Below are positions 1-7,737 of a DNA stretch of 32,000 bases, piece by piece. This DNA is from Terriglobales bacterium (GTDB taxonomy: Bacteria > Acidobacteriota > Terriglobia > Terriglobales > Acidobacteriaceae): positions 1 to 32,000 of the forward strand of contig JAATEV010000013.1 in NCBI GenBank assembly GCA_015655585.1, read 5' to 3'. Made by a program: the position numbers and the translations under genes. The first letter of the stretch is position 1. Each line of letters opens with the position of its first letter. The notes below the pieces were generated by a model. That model worked only from the letters and a program-made list of their open reading frames with translations, was not told the DNA's origin and did no database searches.

Positions 1-77
1 GCAAGAACAACAGCAACAGCAAGAACAACAGCAACAGCAAGAACAACAGCAACAGCAACAGCAAGAACAAAGGCAAT
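1..77. repeat. Tandem 18-bp repeat GCAAGAACAACAGCAACA x3, then degenerate CAA/CAG/GAA copies
   Basis: Read directly: 1-18, 19-36 and 37-54 are identical; 55-77 is a partial variant copy. Confidence 0.9.
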
Positions 78-183
78 GAATCAGTCGCTTCGCCCTTCGG
101 GCTATGCGACGGCCTTCGGCAGAGTGGCAGTCGCTTCGCGATGGGGCTTTTGACGCCGGGCTGAAGCCCGGCTCTAATCCGAA
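78..183. repeat. REP-like GC-rich palindromic unit between microsatellite blocks
   Basis: The 12-mer CAGTCGCTTCGC occurs at 82-93 and 128-139. Hairpins: GCCC-TTC-GGGC (92-102) and a perfect 7-bp stem GCCGGGC-TGAA-GCCCGGC (155-172). The CTGAAGCCC core recurs at 25400-25409. Confidence 0.5.
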
Positions 184-261
184 GTGCAAGTGCAAGTGCA
201 AGTGCAAGTGCAAGTGCAAGTGCAAGTGCAAGTGCAAGTGCAAGTGCAAGTGCAAGTGCAA
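184..261. repeat. Perfect hexanucleotide microsatellite (GTGCAA)x13
   Basis: 78 nt of uninterrupted GTGCAA units read directly. It generates the artefactual KCKC and VQVQ ORFs in the track. Confidence 0.97.
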
Positions 262-314
262 AGGCAACGACAACAGCAAGTGCTTATGGGCTGGGGTAAT
301 GTATGGGTAGAGAA

Positions 315-369
315 GCGGGTTTCTCCGCTACGCAGCGCGATGGGGCCGCGCTGCTCCGGTCGAAATGAC
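315..369. repeat. REP-like unit (CTACGC ... GAAATGAC type)
   Basis: GCGG-N-CCGC hairpin at 315-328, then CTACGCAGCGCG ... GGTCGAAATGAC. Same layout as 7665-7702 (CTACGCTCAGGGTGCGGAATGAC). Confidence 0.5.
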
Positions 370-391
370 GGGTATTGGGGGTGGGTGTAGG

Positions 392-421
392 AACGGCAAC
401 GGCAACGGCAAGAACAACGGC
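392..421. repeat. Hexanucleotide repeat (AACGGC)x3, AAGAAC variant, AACGGC
   Basis: Read directly. Lies just downstream of the GAAATGAC element and 3' of the methyltransferase stop. Confidence 0.85.
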
Positions 422-458
422 GAGCGATACGGGTGGTTGTGGAGGCTCGGGAGGTTGT

Positions 459-1241
459 TCAGGCGGAGATCTGCGTGGTCTCCATTCTGCGGATCTCTTT
501 CTGGACCAGTTCGGGGCAGTTCGATTGCTCGTTGTTGAGACCTTTGCGGATGACGATGAGGTTGTGGAAGAAGGCGATCTCCACGATGTTCTGGTCGAAG
601 TAGCTGGGGGTGTACTGCGGGATGGGGTACTCCACGTGGTTGATGCCGTCGGCGAGGTTCTTGAAGAAGGTCATGAGGGTGTCGGGCTTGTTGATGCCGC
701 CTCCCCAGCCGGGCCAGTAGGAGGTCTGGGTGTCCTCAATGGAGTAGATGCCGTTGGGGCGGAGGAGGGGGAAGAGGACGTGGAAGGTGGCGATGACGTG
801 CTCGTTGAGGTGGCTGCCGTCGTCGATGATGATGTCGAAGCCGCCGTACTCGTCGGAGAGCTTGCGGAGGGCGACGGCGTCGGTCTGGTCGCACTGGCGG
901 ATATCGACGCGGTGTTCGCGGAAGTGGGTCTTGTCGTTGATGTCGATGCCGACGATCCGGCTCTTGCGGAAGAAGGTCTTCCACATGCGGAGAGATTCAG
1001 CCCCTTCCTTTGAGTCTTCGTAACCGCCGACGCCAATCTCAAGGATGTTGAGCCGCTTCTTTTGCAGGGAGTGGAAGTAGCGCTGGTAATGCTGGGTGTA
1101 CCAGTGCTTGCCCCATTTATCGGTCCCGTAGAGGAGCGCGAGGTAGTTGAGATTGTTGCGATAGACCATTTTGGCCATGGGGCGAAGGCTGTGGAGCACC
1201 GGCCGCGGAAAAGTGTTCTTCAGACTAGTCACAAAGCTCAT
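459..1241 (-). CDS. Class I SAM-dependent methyltransferase (sugar/macrolide O-methyltransferase-like)
   Basis: 260-aa ORF with N-terminal GTDKWGKHWYTQHY motif, SAM motif I ILEIGVGG, and DIIIDDGSH. Antisense ORFs are low complexity. Confidence 0.75.
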   Translation of the reverse strand: MSFVTSLKNTFPRPVLHSLRPMAKMVYRNNLNYLALLYGTDKWGKHWYTQHYQRYFHSLQKKRLNILEIGVGGYEDSKEGAESLRMWKTFFRKSRIVGIDINDKTHFREHRVDIRQCDQTDAVALRKLSDEYGGFDIIIDDGSHLNEHVIATFHVLFPLLRPNGIYSIEDTQTSYWPGWGGGINKPDTLMTFFKNLADGINHVEYPIPQYTPSYFDQNIVEIAFFHNLIVIRKGLNNEQSNCPELVQKEIRRMETTQISA

Positions 1242-1409
1242 ACAAGCTCCAGATATTGAAAAAGGGGAGAGTAGTGAGAAATATATCCGACAGGAAGGGC
1301 ATGTTCCAAGAGGGAGTGATGAAATTGTCTTGAATACATGGGAGATAGGGCGGCAGGGGTATCGTGGCCGGGGGAGGAGGAGGTGCGGGTCTGTTGTGGC
1401 GAGGGTTCT

Positions 1410-1418
1410 TGTTATACT
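1410..1418 (+). promoter_or_regulatory. Extended -10-like element TGT-TATACT, 9 nt upstream of the ispD ATG
   Basis: TGn + TATACT at 1410-1418. No Shine-Dalgarno in the 9-nt spacer tcgcaggtt. No good -35. Confidence 0.3.
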
Positions 1419-1427
1419 TCGCAGGTT

Positions 1428-2144
1428 ATGCGAGTATTTGTGATTTTACCGGCAGCAGGGATTGGAACGCGGATGGCCGCGAGTGGGGCGTCGACGGCGG
1501 CGCCGAAACAGTTTCTTGAGGTGGGGGGCGTTCCGGTGCTGGTGCGGTCGGTGCAGGCGTTTCTGGGAGTGCCGCGGGTGGATGCGGTTTGCCTGGCGGT
1601 GAGGGGCTCGGAACGGGAACGGGTTGGCGCGCAGATGGATGAGTACAAGCTGGGCGCGAGGGTGCATCTGGTGGAGGGCGGCGAGAATCGGCAGGGGTCG
1701 GTGGCGAATGCGCTGGCCGCGCTGGAGTGCGACGACGACGACGTGGTGCTGGTGCATGACGCGGTAAGGCCGCTGATTGACGCGGCGACGATTGAGCGGA
1801 CGATTGACGCGGTGGTGAAGCATGGCGCCGCGATTGTTGGGCTGCCGGCGGTGGACACGATCAAGCAGGTGGAGCGGACGGCGGATGGGGCGATTGTGAC
1901 GGCGACGGTGCCGCGGGAAAGGGTTGTCCATGCGCAGACTCCGCAGGGGGCAAGGTCTGGCTTGCTGCGGCGGGCGTTTGAGGAGGCCGCGGCGGATGGG
2001 TTCGCCGGGACGGACGAGGCGTCGCTGCTGGAGCGGGCAGGGATCGAGGTGGCGGTGGTGCAAGGGTCGGCTAGGAACTTCAAGATTACGCAGCCGGGAG
2101 ATATTGAACTGGCGGAGTTTTATTTGAAACAGACAAAGGCGTAA
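1428..2144 (+). CDS. ispD: 2-C-methyl-D-erythritol 4-phosphate cytidylyltransferase
   Basis: N-terminus MRVFVILPAAGIGTRM matches the IspD P-loop-like motif; VLVHDAVRP and AVDTIK are present. The track ORF from 1338 is trimmed to the internal ATG at 1428. Confidence 0.9.
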   Translation: MRVFVILPAAGIGTRMAASGASTAAPKQFLEVGGVPVLVRSVQAFLGVPRVDAVCLAVRGSERERVGAQMDEYKLGARVHLVEGGENRQGSVANALAALECDDDDVVLVHDAVRPLIDAATIERTIDAVVKHGAAIVGLPAVDTIKQVERTADGAIVTATVPRERVVHAQTPQGARSGLLRRAFEEAAADGFAGTDEASLLERAGIEVAVVQGSARNFKITQPGDIELAEFYLKQTKA

Positions 2145-2196
2145 CGGTGATCAAAATGATTTTTAAAAGCTGATAAGAGCTGATCTGGGAGAACTA

Positions 2197-2661
2197 GTGG
2201 CGGGTTTGATGGATGGTGGTGTGAAGCGTCCGTATTTGGGAGCGAACGACCCGAGGACCGAGAAGATCATCGGGGTGTTTTACGAGGTTTATAACGAGCT
2301 GGGATTCGGGTTTCTGGAGTCGGTGTATCGCGAGGCTATGCGGATTGCGCTGATGGAGGCTGGATTTCTTGTTGCTTGTGAAGTTCCTGTTCCGGTTCGT
2401 TTTCGAGGGCAGCTTGTTGGAGTGTTTCGGGCCGATCTGGTTGTGGATGAGGCTGTGATCCTTGAGTTGAAGACGGCTGATTCGATCAGCAAGGCGCATG
2501 AGGCGCAGGTGCTGCATTATCTGCGGGCGTCGGAGATGGAGATTGGGCTGGTGATGAACTTTGGGCCGGAGGCAAGGTTCCGGCGGGTTGAGATGCGGGG
2601 AGATCGTAAGAAAAGAATGCTGGACGATAGCGTCGAAGAGAACTGTGGCGTGGGAAGATAA
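2197..2661 (+). CDS. GxxExxY protein (PD-(D/E)XK nuclease-fold family, TIGR04256-like)
   Basis: GTG start. Signature GFGFLESVY = GxxExxY, with a D...ELK core (ADLVVDEAVILELK). Preceded by AT-rich spacer 2145-2196. Uses T-ending codons, unlike its neighbours. Confidence 0.8.
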   Translation: MAGLMDGGVKRPYLGANDPRTEKIIGVFYEVYNELGFGFLESVYREAMRIALMEAGFLVACEVPVPVRFRGQLVGVFRADLVVDEAVILELKTADSISKAHEAQVLHYLRASEMEIGLVMNFGPEARFRRVEMRGDRKKRMLDDSVEENCGVGR

Positions 2662-2665
2662 CCGT

Positions 2666-3283
2666 ATGGGAATGAGAATTGGTTATGGGTTTGACTCACA
2701 TGCGTTCAAGGCGGGTGTGCCGCTGGTGATTGGCGGGCTTGCGATTGAGCATCCGGAGGGGCTGGCTGGCCACTCGGATGGGGACGTGCTGCTTCATGCG
2801 ATTACGGATGCCTTGCTGGGGGCGGTTTCGGCAGGGGATATCGGAACGTTCTTTCCGCCTAGCGATCCTCGGTGGAAGGGCGCGGATTCGAGCGTGTTTC
2901 TGAAGACGGCGCTGGAAGAGGTGGCTACGGCCGGGTACAAGATCGTGAATATCGACTCGGTGCTGGTGATGGCGAAGCCGAAGATTGTGCCGATTGCGGG
3001 CGAGCTGCGGGAGCGTGTGGCGGAGCTGCTGGGCGTGAAGCCGGGCGAGGTCGGGATCAAGGCGAAGACTCCGGAGGGGCTGAACCAGGACCATGTTGCA
3101 GTGGCGCATGTGACGGTGTTGCTGGAGAGCGTGGTGCTGGGCGATGCTCCGGCGCGGATGGTGGCTACGGCTGATGTTGAGGACGAGATTGACTCGGTGG
3201 TGAAGGGGTTGGTGGGTGGGGCGAGGGATGTATCGGCGCTGGGACGGAAGCTTCCGGCGTTCGATACGGATGATCTGACGTAG
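2666..3283 (+). CDS. ispF: 2-C-methyl-D-erythritol 2,4-cyclodiphosphate synthase with about 50-aa C-terminal extension
   Basis: MRIGYGFDSHAF, GHSDGDVLLHA and DIG motifs. Start 2666 follows GGGAAG at 2652-2657; alternative ATG at 2672. The track ORF from 2561 overlaps the upstream gene and is trimmed. Confidence 0.9.
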   Translation: MGMRIGYGFDSHAFKAGVPLVIGGLAIEHPEGLAGHSDGDVLLHAITDALLGAVSAGDIGTFFPPSDPRWKGADSSVFLKTALEEVATAGYKIVNIDSVLVMAKPKIVPIAGELRERVAELLGVKPGEVGIKAKTPEGLNQDHVAVAHVTVLLESVVLGDAPARMVATADVEDEIDSVVKGLVGGARDVSALGRKLPAFDTDDLT

Positions 3284-3308
3284 CTTTTGAGGACTTGGGG
3301 AGGGTGCG

Positions 3309-4091
3309 ATGAAGAAGAAGCTGGATGCGCCGTCGGAGGGGACTGGGTCGAAGGGGTCTGGGTTGCGTGATATGGCTTCGTACTGCGGGCTTGTTGCGGT
3401 CTGGTTGTTTGCTACGACCTTTTGTCTTCAGAACGTTATGATTCCGTCGGCTTCGATGGCGAGCACGCTGCTGGTGGGCGATCATGTGATCGTCGATCGG
3501 GCGCGCTCGTTGCCGGAAGCGGGGTGGGCTAGCTTTTTGCCGCATCGTGAGATTCAGCGGGGCGATGTGATTGTGTTTTATAAGCCGCCGGTGGAAGAGA
3601 ATGGCGAACACATGTATCTGGTGAAGCGAGTGGTTGGGGTTCCGGGGGATCGGATTCGACTGAACCGTGGCGTTGTGACTTTGAACGGGGTGGCTCAGGA
3701 TGAGCCTTATGCGGCGAAGCCTACGGATAAGAACTACGATGCGTATCGGGATGAGTTTCCTTCAGTGACGCCTTCGGAGTTCGATGGGGTGACGGCGGAG
3801 TGGACGCTGGATCTGCCGGAGCATGTTGAGAATGGAGAGTTGGTGGTGCCGGCGGGGAGCTACTTTGTGATGGGAGACAACCGCACGAATAGCGTGGATG
3901 GTCGCTACTGGGGATTTGTTCCGCGGGCGAACATTGCGGGAAGACCCCTGTTTGTATATTGGTCGTTTCCTACGCCGAACGATCAGATGTATAAGACGAA
4001 GTTTTCGGAGCAGACGAGCTTTGCGTTGTATGAGGCGATGCACTTCTTCGATAAGACGCGGTGGAGCAGGACGTTTCATGGGGTGAAGTGA
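3309..4091 (+). CDS. lepB: Signal peptidase I
   Basis: N-terminal TM segment, catalytic Ser box SASMASTLLVGD, Lys box YLVKRVVGVPGD, and GDNRTNSVDGRYWG. SD GGGGAGGG lies upstream. Confidence 0.9.
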   Translation: MKKKLDAPSEGTGSKGSGLRDMASYCGLVAVWLFATTFCLQNVMIPSASMASTLLVGDHVIVDRARSLPEAGWASFLPHREIQRGDVIVFYKPPVEENGEHMYLVKRVVGVPGDRIRLNRGVVTLNGVAQDEPYAAKPTDKNYDAYRDEFPSVTPSEFDGVTAEWTLDLPEHVENGELVVPAGSYFVMGDNRTNSVDGRYWGFVPRANIAGRPLFVYWSFPTPNDQMYKTKFSEQTSFALYEAMHFFDKTRWSRTFHGVK

Positions 4092-4149
4092 TTCTGTATT
4101 GCTTATGTAATTTATATCGTTACAAATGATTTTTTGAGGACTTGGTGCT

Positions 4150-6060
4150 ATGAAGATCAGGCTTGGGCTGGTGTGTTTGTTGTTGATGGCTGTAGCGGGG
4201 AGGGCGCAGACGGCTGCGAATAATGCCCAGGCGGAGTATGTTCGGACGCACTATACGAAGGCCGAGTACAGGATTCCGATGCGGGACGGCGTGAAGCTGT
4301 ATGTGGCGGTGTATTCGCCGGTGGCGGGGATGTTTGCGGACAAGGGGCCGTATCCGTTTCTGATGACGCGGACGCCTTATGCTTGTTCTCCGTATGGCGC
4401 GGACAAGATGCCTCCGCGGCTGGGGGTGAGCAAGGAGCTGCTGGAGAGCGGGTACATCTTTGTTTGCGGGGACGTTCGGGGGCGGTACCAGAGCGAAGGG
4501 GAGTTTGTGGAGATGACTCCGCATATCGATGTGAAGAAGTCGCCGAAGGACGTGGACGATGCGAGCGATATGTACGACACGGTGGAGTTTCTGCTGAAGA
4601 ATGTTACGAACAACAACGGCAAGGTGGGGATTACGGGGATCAGCTATCCGGGGTTCTATACGTCGGCCAGTATTGCGGATTCGCATCCGGCGATCAAGGC
4701 GGCGAGCCCGCAGGCTCCTATGACGGACTTGTTTATGGGGGATGATTCTTATCATGGCGGTGCATTTATGCTGTCGGCTAACTATGGATTCTATGTGAAC
4801 TTTTTGCCGCAGAAGACACCGGTTTTGCCGGAGAAGAAGAAGCCGTTCGACTTCGGTACTCCTGACAGTTACAAATTTTATTTGCAGGCCGGGCCTACGA
4901 AGAATCTGGATGATGCGTTCAAGGGAACGAACTTTTTGTTTCATGACCAGTTGGTGCATACGACGTATGACGACTACTGGAAGAAGAGGAATCTTGCGCC
5001 GCACATGAAGAATGTTCGCGCGGCGGTGATGGTGGTGGGCGGGTGGTTCGATGCGGAGGATTTGTCGGGGCCATTCAAGACGTTTCATGCGATTGATGCG
5101 CTAAATCCGGGGGCAGTGAATACGCTGGTGGTGGGGCCGTGGACGCATGGAGGGTGGTCGGGCGGGGATGGCGACAGGCTGGGGGATGTTCGGTTTGGAT
5201 CGAAGACGGGCGAGTTCTTTCGGTCGGAGATCCAGTTTCCGTTTTTTGAGAAGTATCTGAAGGGGAAGGATGGGAGCTTGCTGCCTAAGGCTTATGTCTT
5301 TGAGACGGGGAGTAATGTGTGGAAGAAGTATGATGCGTGGCCTCCGCGGGCGGCGGTGGCGAAGACGCTTTATTTTCGCGCTGGGGGTGGGTTGAGCTTT
5401 GATGCTCCGGCGGAGAAGACGGGCATGGATGAGTATGTGAGCGATCCGGCGCATCCGGTGCCGTTTGTGAATTATGTAACCGATACGGTTCCACAACGGT
5501 ATATGGATGACGATCAGCGGTTCGCGGCGCAGAGGCCGGATGTGCTGGTGTATGAGACGGAGCCTCTGACGGAGGACGTGACGATTGCCGGGCCGGTGCG
5601 GCCGAAGCTGAAGGTGAGTTCTTCGGGGACGGACTCGGACTTTGTGGTGAAGCTGATTGATGTGTATCCGGATAACTTTCCGAGTCCGGCTACGGAGGAT
5701 GTGGGGAAGCGCCTGGTGGGCGCGCCTCCGGTGGTGATGGGCGGATATGAGCAGTTGGTGCGAGGAGAGCCGATGCGGGCGAAGTTTCGCAATAGCTGGG
5801 AGAAGCCGGAGCCGTTGACGCCGGGGAAGATGACAGAGGTGAATGCGGAGATGCCGGATGTGAACCATACGTTCGTGAAGGGCCACAGAATCATGGTGCA
5901 GGTGCAGAGCACGTGGTTTCCGCTGGTGGACCGGAATCCGCAGACATTTGTGGATATACCTTCGGCTAAGCCGGAACAGTTTGTGAAGGCTACGGAGAGG
6001 GTGTTTCGGAGTACGGGTGCGGCTAGCGGGGTGGAGGTGCTGGTGGTGCCTTCGCGTTAG
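4150..6060 (+). CDS. CocE/NonD family hydrolase (S15 X-Pro dipeptidyl-peptidase-like), secreted
   Basis: Signal peptide MKIRLGLVCLLLMAVAGRAQT, nucleophile box GISYPG, and long C-terminal beta-sandwich region typical of the family. Confidence 0.8.
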   Translation: MKIRLGLVCLLLMAVAGRAQTAANNAQAEYVRTHYTKAEYRIPMRDGVKLYVAVYSPVAGMFADKGPYPFLMTRTPYACSPYGADKMPPRLGVSKELLESGYIFVCGDVRGRYQSEGEFVEMTPHIDVKKSPKDVDDASDMYDTVEFLLKNVTNNNGKVGITGISYPGFYTSASIADSHPAIKAASPQAPMTDLFMGDDSYHGGAFMLSANYGFYVNFLPQKTPVLPEKKKPFDFGTPDSYKFYLQAGPTKNLDDAFKGTNFLFHDQLVHTTYDDYWKKRNLAPHMKNVRAAVMVVGGWFDAEDLSGPFKTFHAIDALNPGAVNTLVVGPWTHGGWSGGDGDRLGDVRFGSKTGEFFRSEIQFPFFEKYLKGKDGSLLPKAYVFETGSNVWKKYDAWPPRAAVAKTLYFRAGGGLSFDAPAEKTGMDEYVSDPAHPVPFVNYVTDTVPQRYMDDDQRFAAQRPDVLVYETEPLTEDVTIAGPVRPKLKVSSSGTDSDFVVKLIDVYPDNFPSPATEDVGKRLVGAPPVVMGGYEQLVRGEPMRAKFRNSWEKPEPLTPGKMTEVNAEMPDVNHTFVKGHRIMVQVQSTWFPLVDRNPQTFVDIPSAKPEQFVKATERVFRSTGAASGVEVLVVPSR

Positions 6061-6079
6061 GCATGTGTCCTGCCGGACG

Positions 6080-6160
6080 GGCCCGCTACGCGCGGGGCGG
6101 TCACTTCGTGACGTGTGTACCGGTTTGGGTAGGGTTGGATGTATGGGGCCTCGCTTTGCT
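6080..6160. repeat. REP-like element between convergent genes
   Basis: CCGCTACGCGCGG at 6083-6095, hairpin GTCAC-TTC-GTGAC at 6100-6112, and GGGGCCTCGCTTTGCTCGG resembling 342-360. Confidence 0.35.
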
Positions 6161-6174
6161 CGGCGTTTTGCTGC

Positions 6175-7491
6175 TTATGCCTTGGCGAAGGGGTGTTCTA
6201 ACGAGGGGCTTTGTGGGGTGAACATTTTGCCTCCGTCTTCGGTTACGTGCCAGTCGTCTTCGAGGCGGACGCCGAATTCGCCGGGGATGTAGATGCCGGG
6301 TTCATCGGAGAAGCACATGCCGGGGGCTAGTGGGAGGGTGTTTCCCTGAACAAGGTAGGGCCATTCGTGCATGTCCATGCCGATGCCGTGGCCGAGGCGG
6401 TGGCTGAAGAATTTGTAACCGGGGCCGTAGCCTGCGTCGGTGATGACCTTGCGGGCGGCGGCGTCGATGGCCTGACATTGGACGCCGGGGTGAGCGGCGG
6501 CGAGGGCGGCGGACTGGGCTTTGTGTACGATGTCGAAGACTTTGCGGGCTTTGTCGAGCTTGGGGCTGGTGGCGTCGCCGAGGACGAAGGTGCGGGACAT
6601 GTCGGACTGGTAGCCTTCGACGAAGCAGCCGTCGTCGATGAGGATGATTTCGCCTTCGCGGATGACCTGCGGCTGGAGGGAGCCGTGGGGGAGGGCGGAG
6701 TACTCGGCTACCTGGCAACTGGCTTCGCCGGTGACGCCGCAGCGGGCGTAGGCGAGGTCGATGAGGTTGGTGAACTGGCGGTTGGTCATGCCGGGCTGGG
6801 CGGATTTGTAAGCGGCCTCGTAGACCGAGAGGGTGATCTCGTTGGCTAACTGCATGTTGGCCAGCTCGGCGGGGCTTTTGGGGCCTCGGCAGCCCATAGT
6901 GATGGGGATGGCGCTGGTGGTGGTGAGGGTTGGGCCGGCGTGAGCGATGCCATCGGCGAAGACGTACTGGGTCCGCTCTTCTACGCCGATTTTTCCGGTG
7001 GAGATGCCGTTTTCCTTGAGGGCGCGGGCGAGGAGTTTGTAGGGGTCTTCGTTCTCGTTCCAGGTGTAGATGCGGGTGGAGGAGGCGGAGGGCAGGGTGG
7101 CGGGTTTGGCGTCGATGCGTTCGCGGACGCGGCCTTCTTCGAAGACGGGGCAGACGATGAAGGGGGCGCCTTTGGCGGGGAGGGTCCAGGCGAAGAGGCG
7201 TTCGGACTGGCCCCAGCGGAGACCGGTGAAGTAGGTGAGAGAGGTTCCGGTGGTGATGACGAGGGCGTCGATGTGGTGCTGGTGCATGAGAGTGCGGGCG
7301 CGGTCGAGACGCTGCTCGCGTTCGGCGAGGGTGATGGGGGTGGACTCGGAGGCTCGGTTGGTGAGGGCGGCTATGGCAGGCGGGAGATCGGCGGGCTGCG
7401 TGGTTTGGGAGCGGCGGGACTGGGCGGTCAGGGCGGCTGGCGCTACGGCTGCGGCGGCGGAGGTGAGGAGGAAGCGGCGGCGTGTGGTCAT
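6175..7491 (-). CDS. M24 family metallopeptidase (Xaa-Pro aminopeptidase/creatinase-N fold), TAT-exported
   Basis: Twin-arginine leader MTTRRRFLLTSAAAAVAPAALTAQ. M24 metal ligands lie in DDGCFVEGYQSDMSRT, HRLGHGIG, SDEPGIY and VRLED. Track start 7587 trimmed to ATG 7491. Confidence 0.85.
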   Translation of the reverse strand: MTTRRRFLLTSAAAAVAPAALTAQSRRSQTTQPADLPPAIAALTNRASESTPITLAEREQRLDRARTLMHQHHIDALVITTGTSLTYFTGLRWGQSERLFAWTLPAKGAPFIVCPVFEEGRVRERIDAKPATLPSASSTRIYTWNENEDPYKLLARALKENGISTGKIGVEERTQYVFADGIAHAGPTLTTTSAIPITMGCRGPKSPAELANMQLANEITLSVYEAAYKSAQPGMTNRQFTNLIDLAYARCGVTGEASCQVAEYSALPHGSLQPQVIREGEIILIDDGCFVEGYQSDMSRTFVLGDATSPKLDKARKVFDIVHKAQSAALAAAHPGVQCQAIDAAARKVITDAGYGPGYKFFSHRLGHGIGMDMHEWPYLVQGNTLPLAPGMCFSDEPGIYIPGEFGVRLEDDWHVTEDGGKMFTPQSPSLEHPFAKA

Positions 7492-7664
7492 GAGTGGAAT
7501 GATTTTAGCGGATGATGGATGGGATTTTTCAGTTTCGCATTGCGTTGGAAGTCTCTGCGTGTTGAGATAGGTGCTACCAGATTTCAAATTGATGAATGGC
7601 TTGGGTTAGGGATGTTCTGTCTGGCGTGAATTTCCTGAAGGTGTTGAGGCAGTTTGAAAGCAGA

Positions 7665-7713
7665 TTCTTCCCCCTTCGACTACGCTCAGGGTGCGGAATG
7701 ACAAAACAAAAGG
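7665..7713. repeat. REP-like unit (CTACGC ... GGAATGAC) with A-rich tail
   Basis: TTCTTCCCCCTTCGACTACGCTCAGGGTGCGGAATGAC followed by AAAACAAAAGG. Parallels 315-369 plus its flanking repeat. Confidence 0.45.
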
Positions 7714-7737
7714 CTCTGGTTGGCGAAGGGTGAAGGG

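Noticed and set aside
184-261. CRISPR array.
   Set aside because: The units are 6 nt with no spacers. No 25-40-nt repeat/spacer periodicity exists anywhere in the window, and there are no cas genes.
104-390. ORFs 104-310 (KCKCKC...) and 184-390 (VQVQVQ...).
   Set aside because: They are simply translations of the (GTGCAA)13 microsatellite and flanking REP units. There is no RBS and no plausible protein.
3285-3298. Identical 14-mer TTTTGAGGACTTGG upstream of both lepB (3285-3298) and the S15 peptidase gene (4132-4145).
   Set aside because: In 32 kb roughly one or two exact 14-mer coincidences are expected by chance (N^2/2 divided by 4^14). The shared core contains the SD (GAGGA), and the distance to the ATG differs (10 versus 4 nt).
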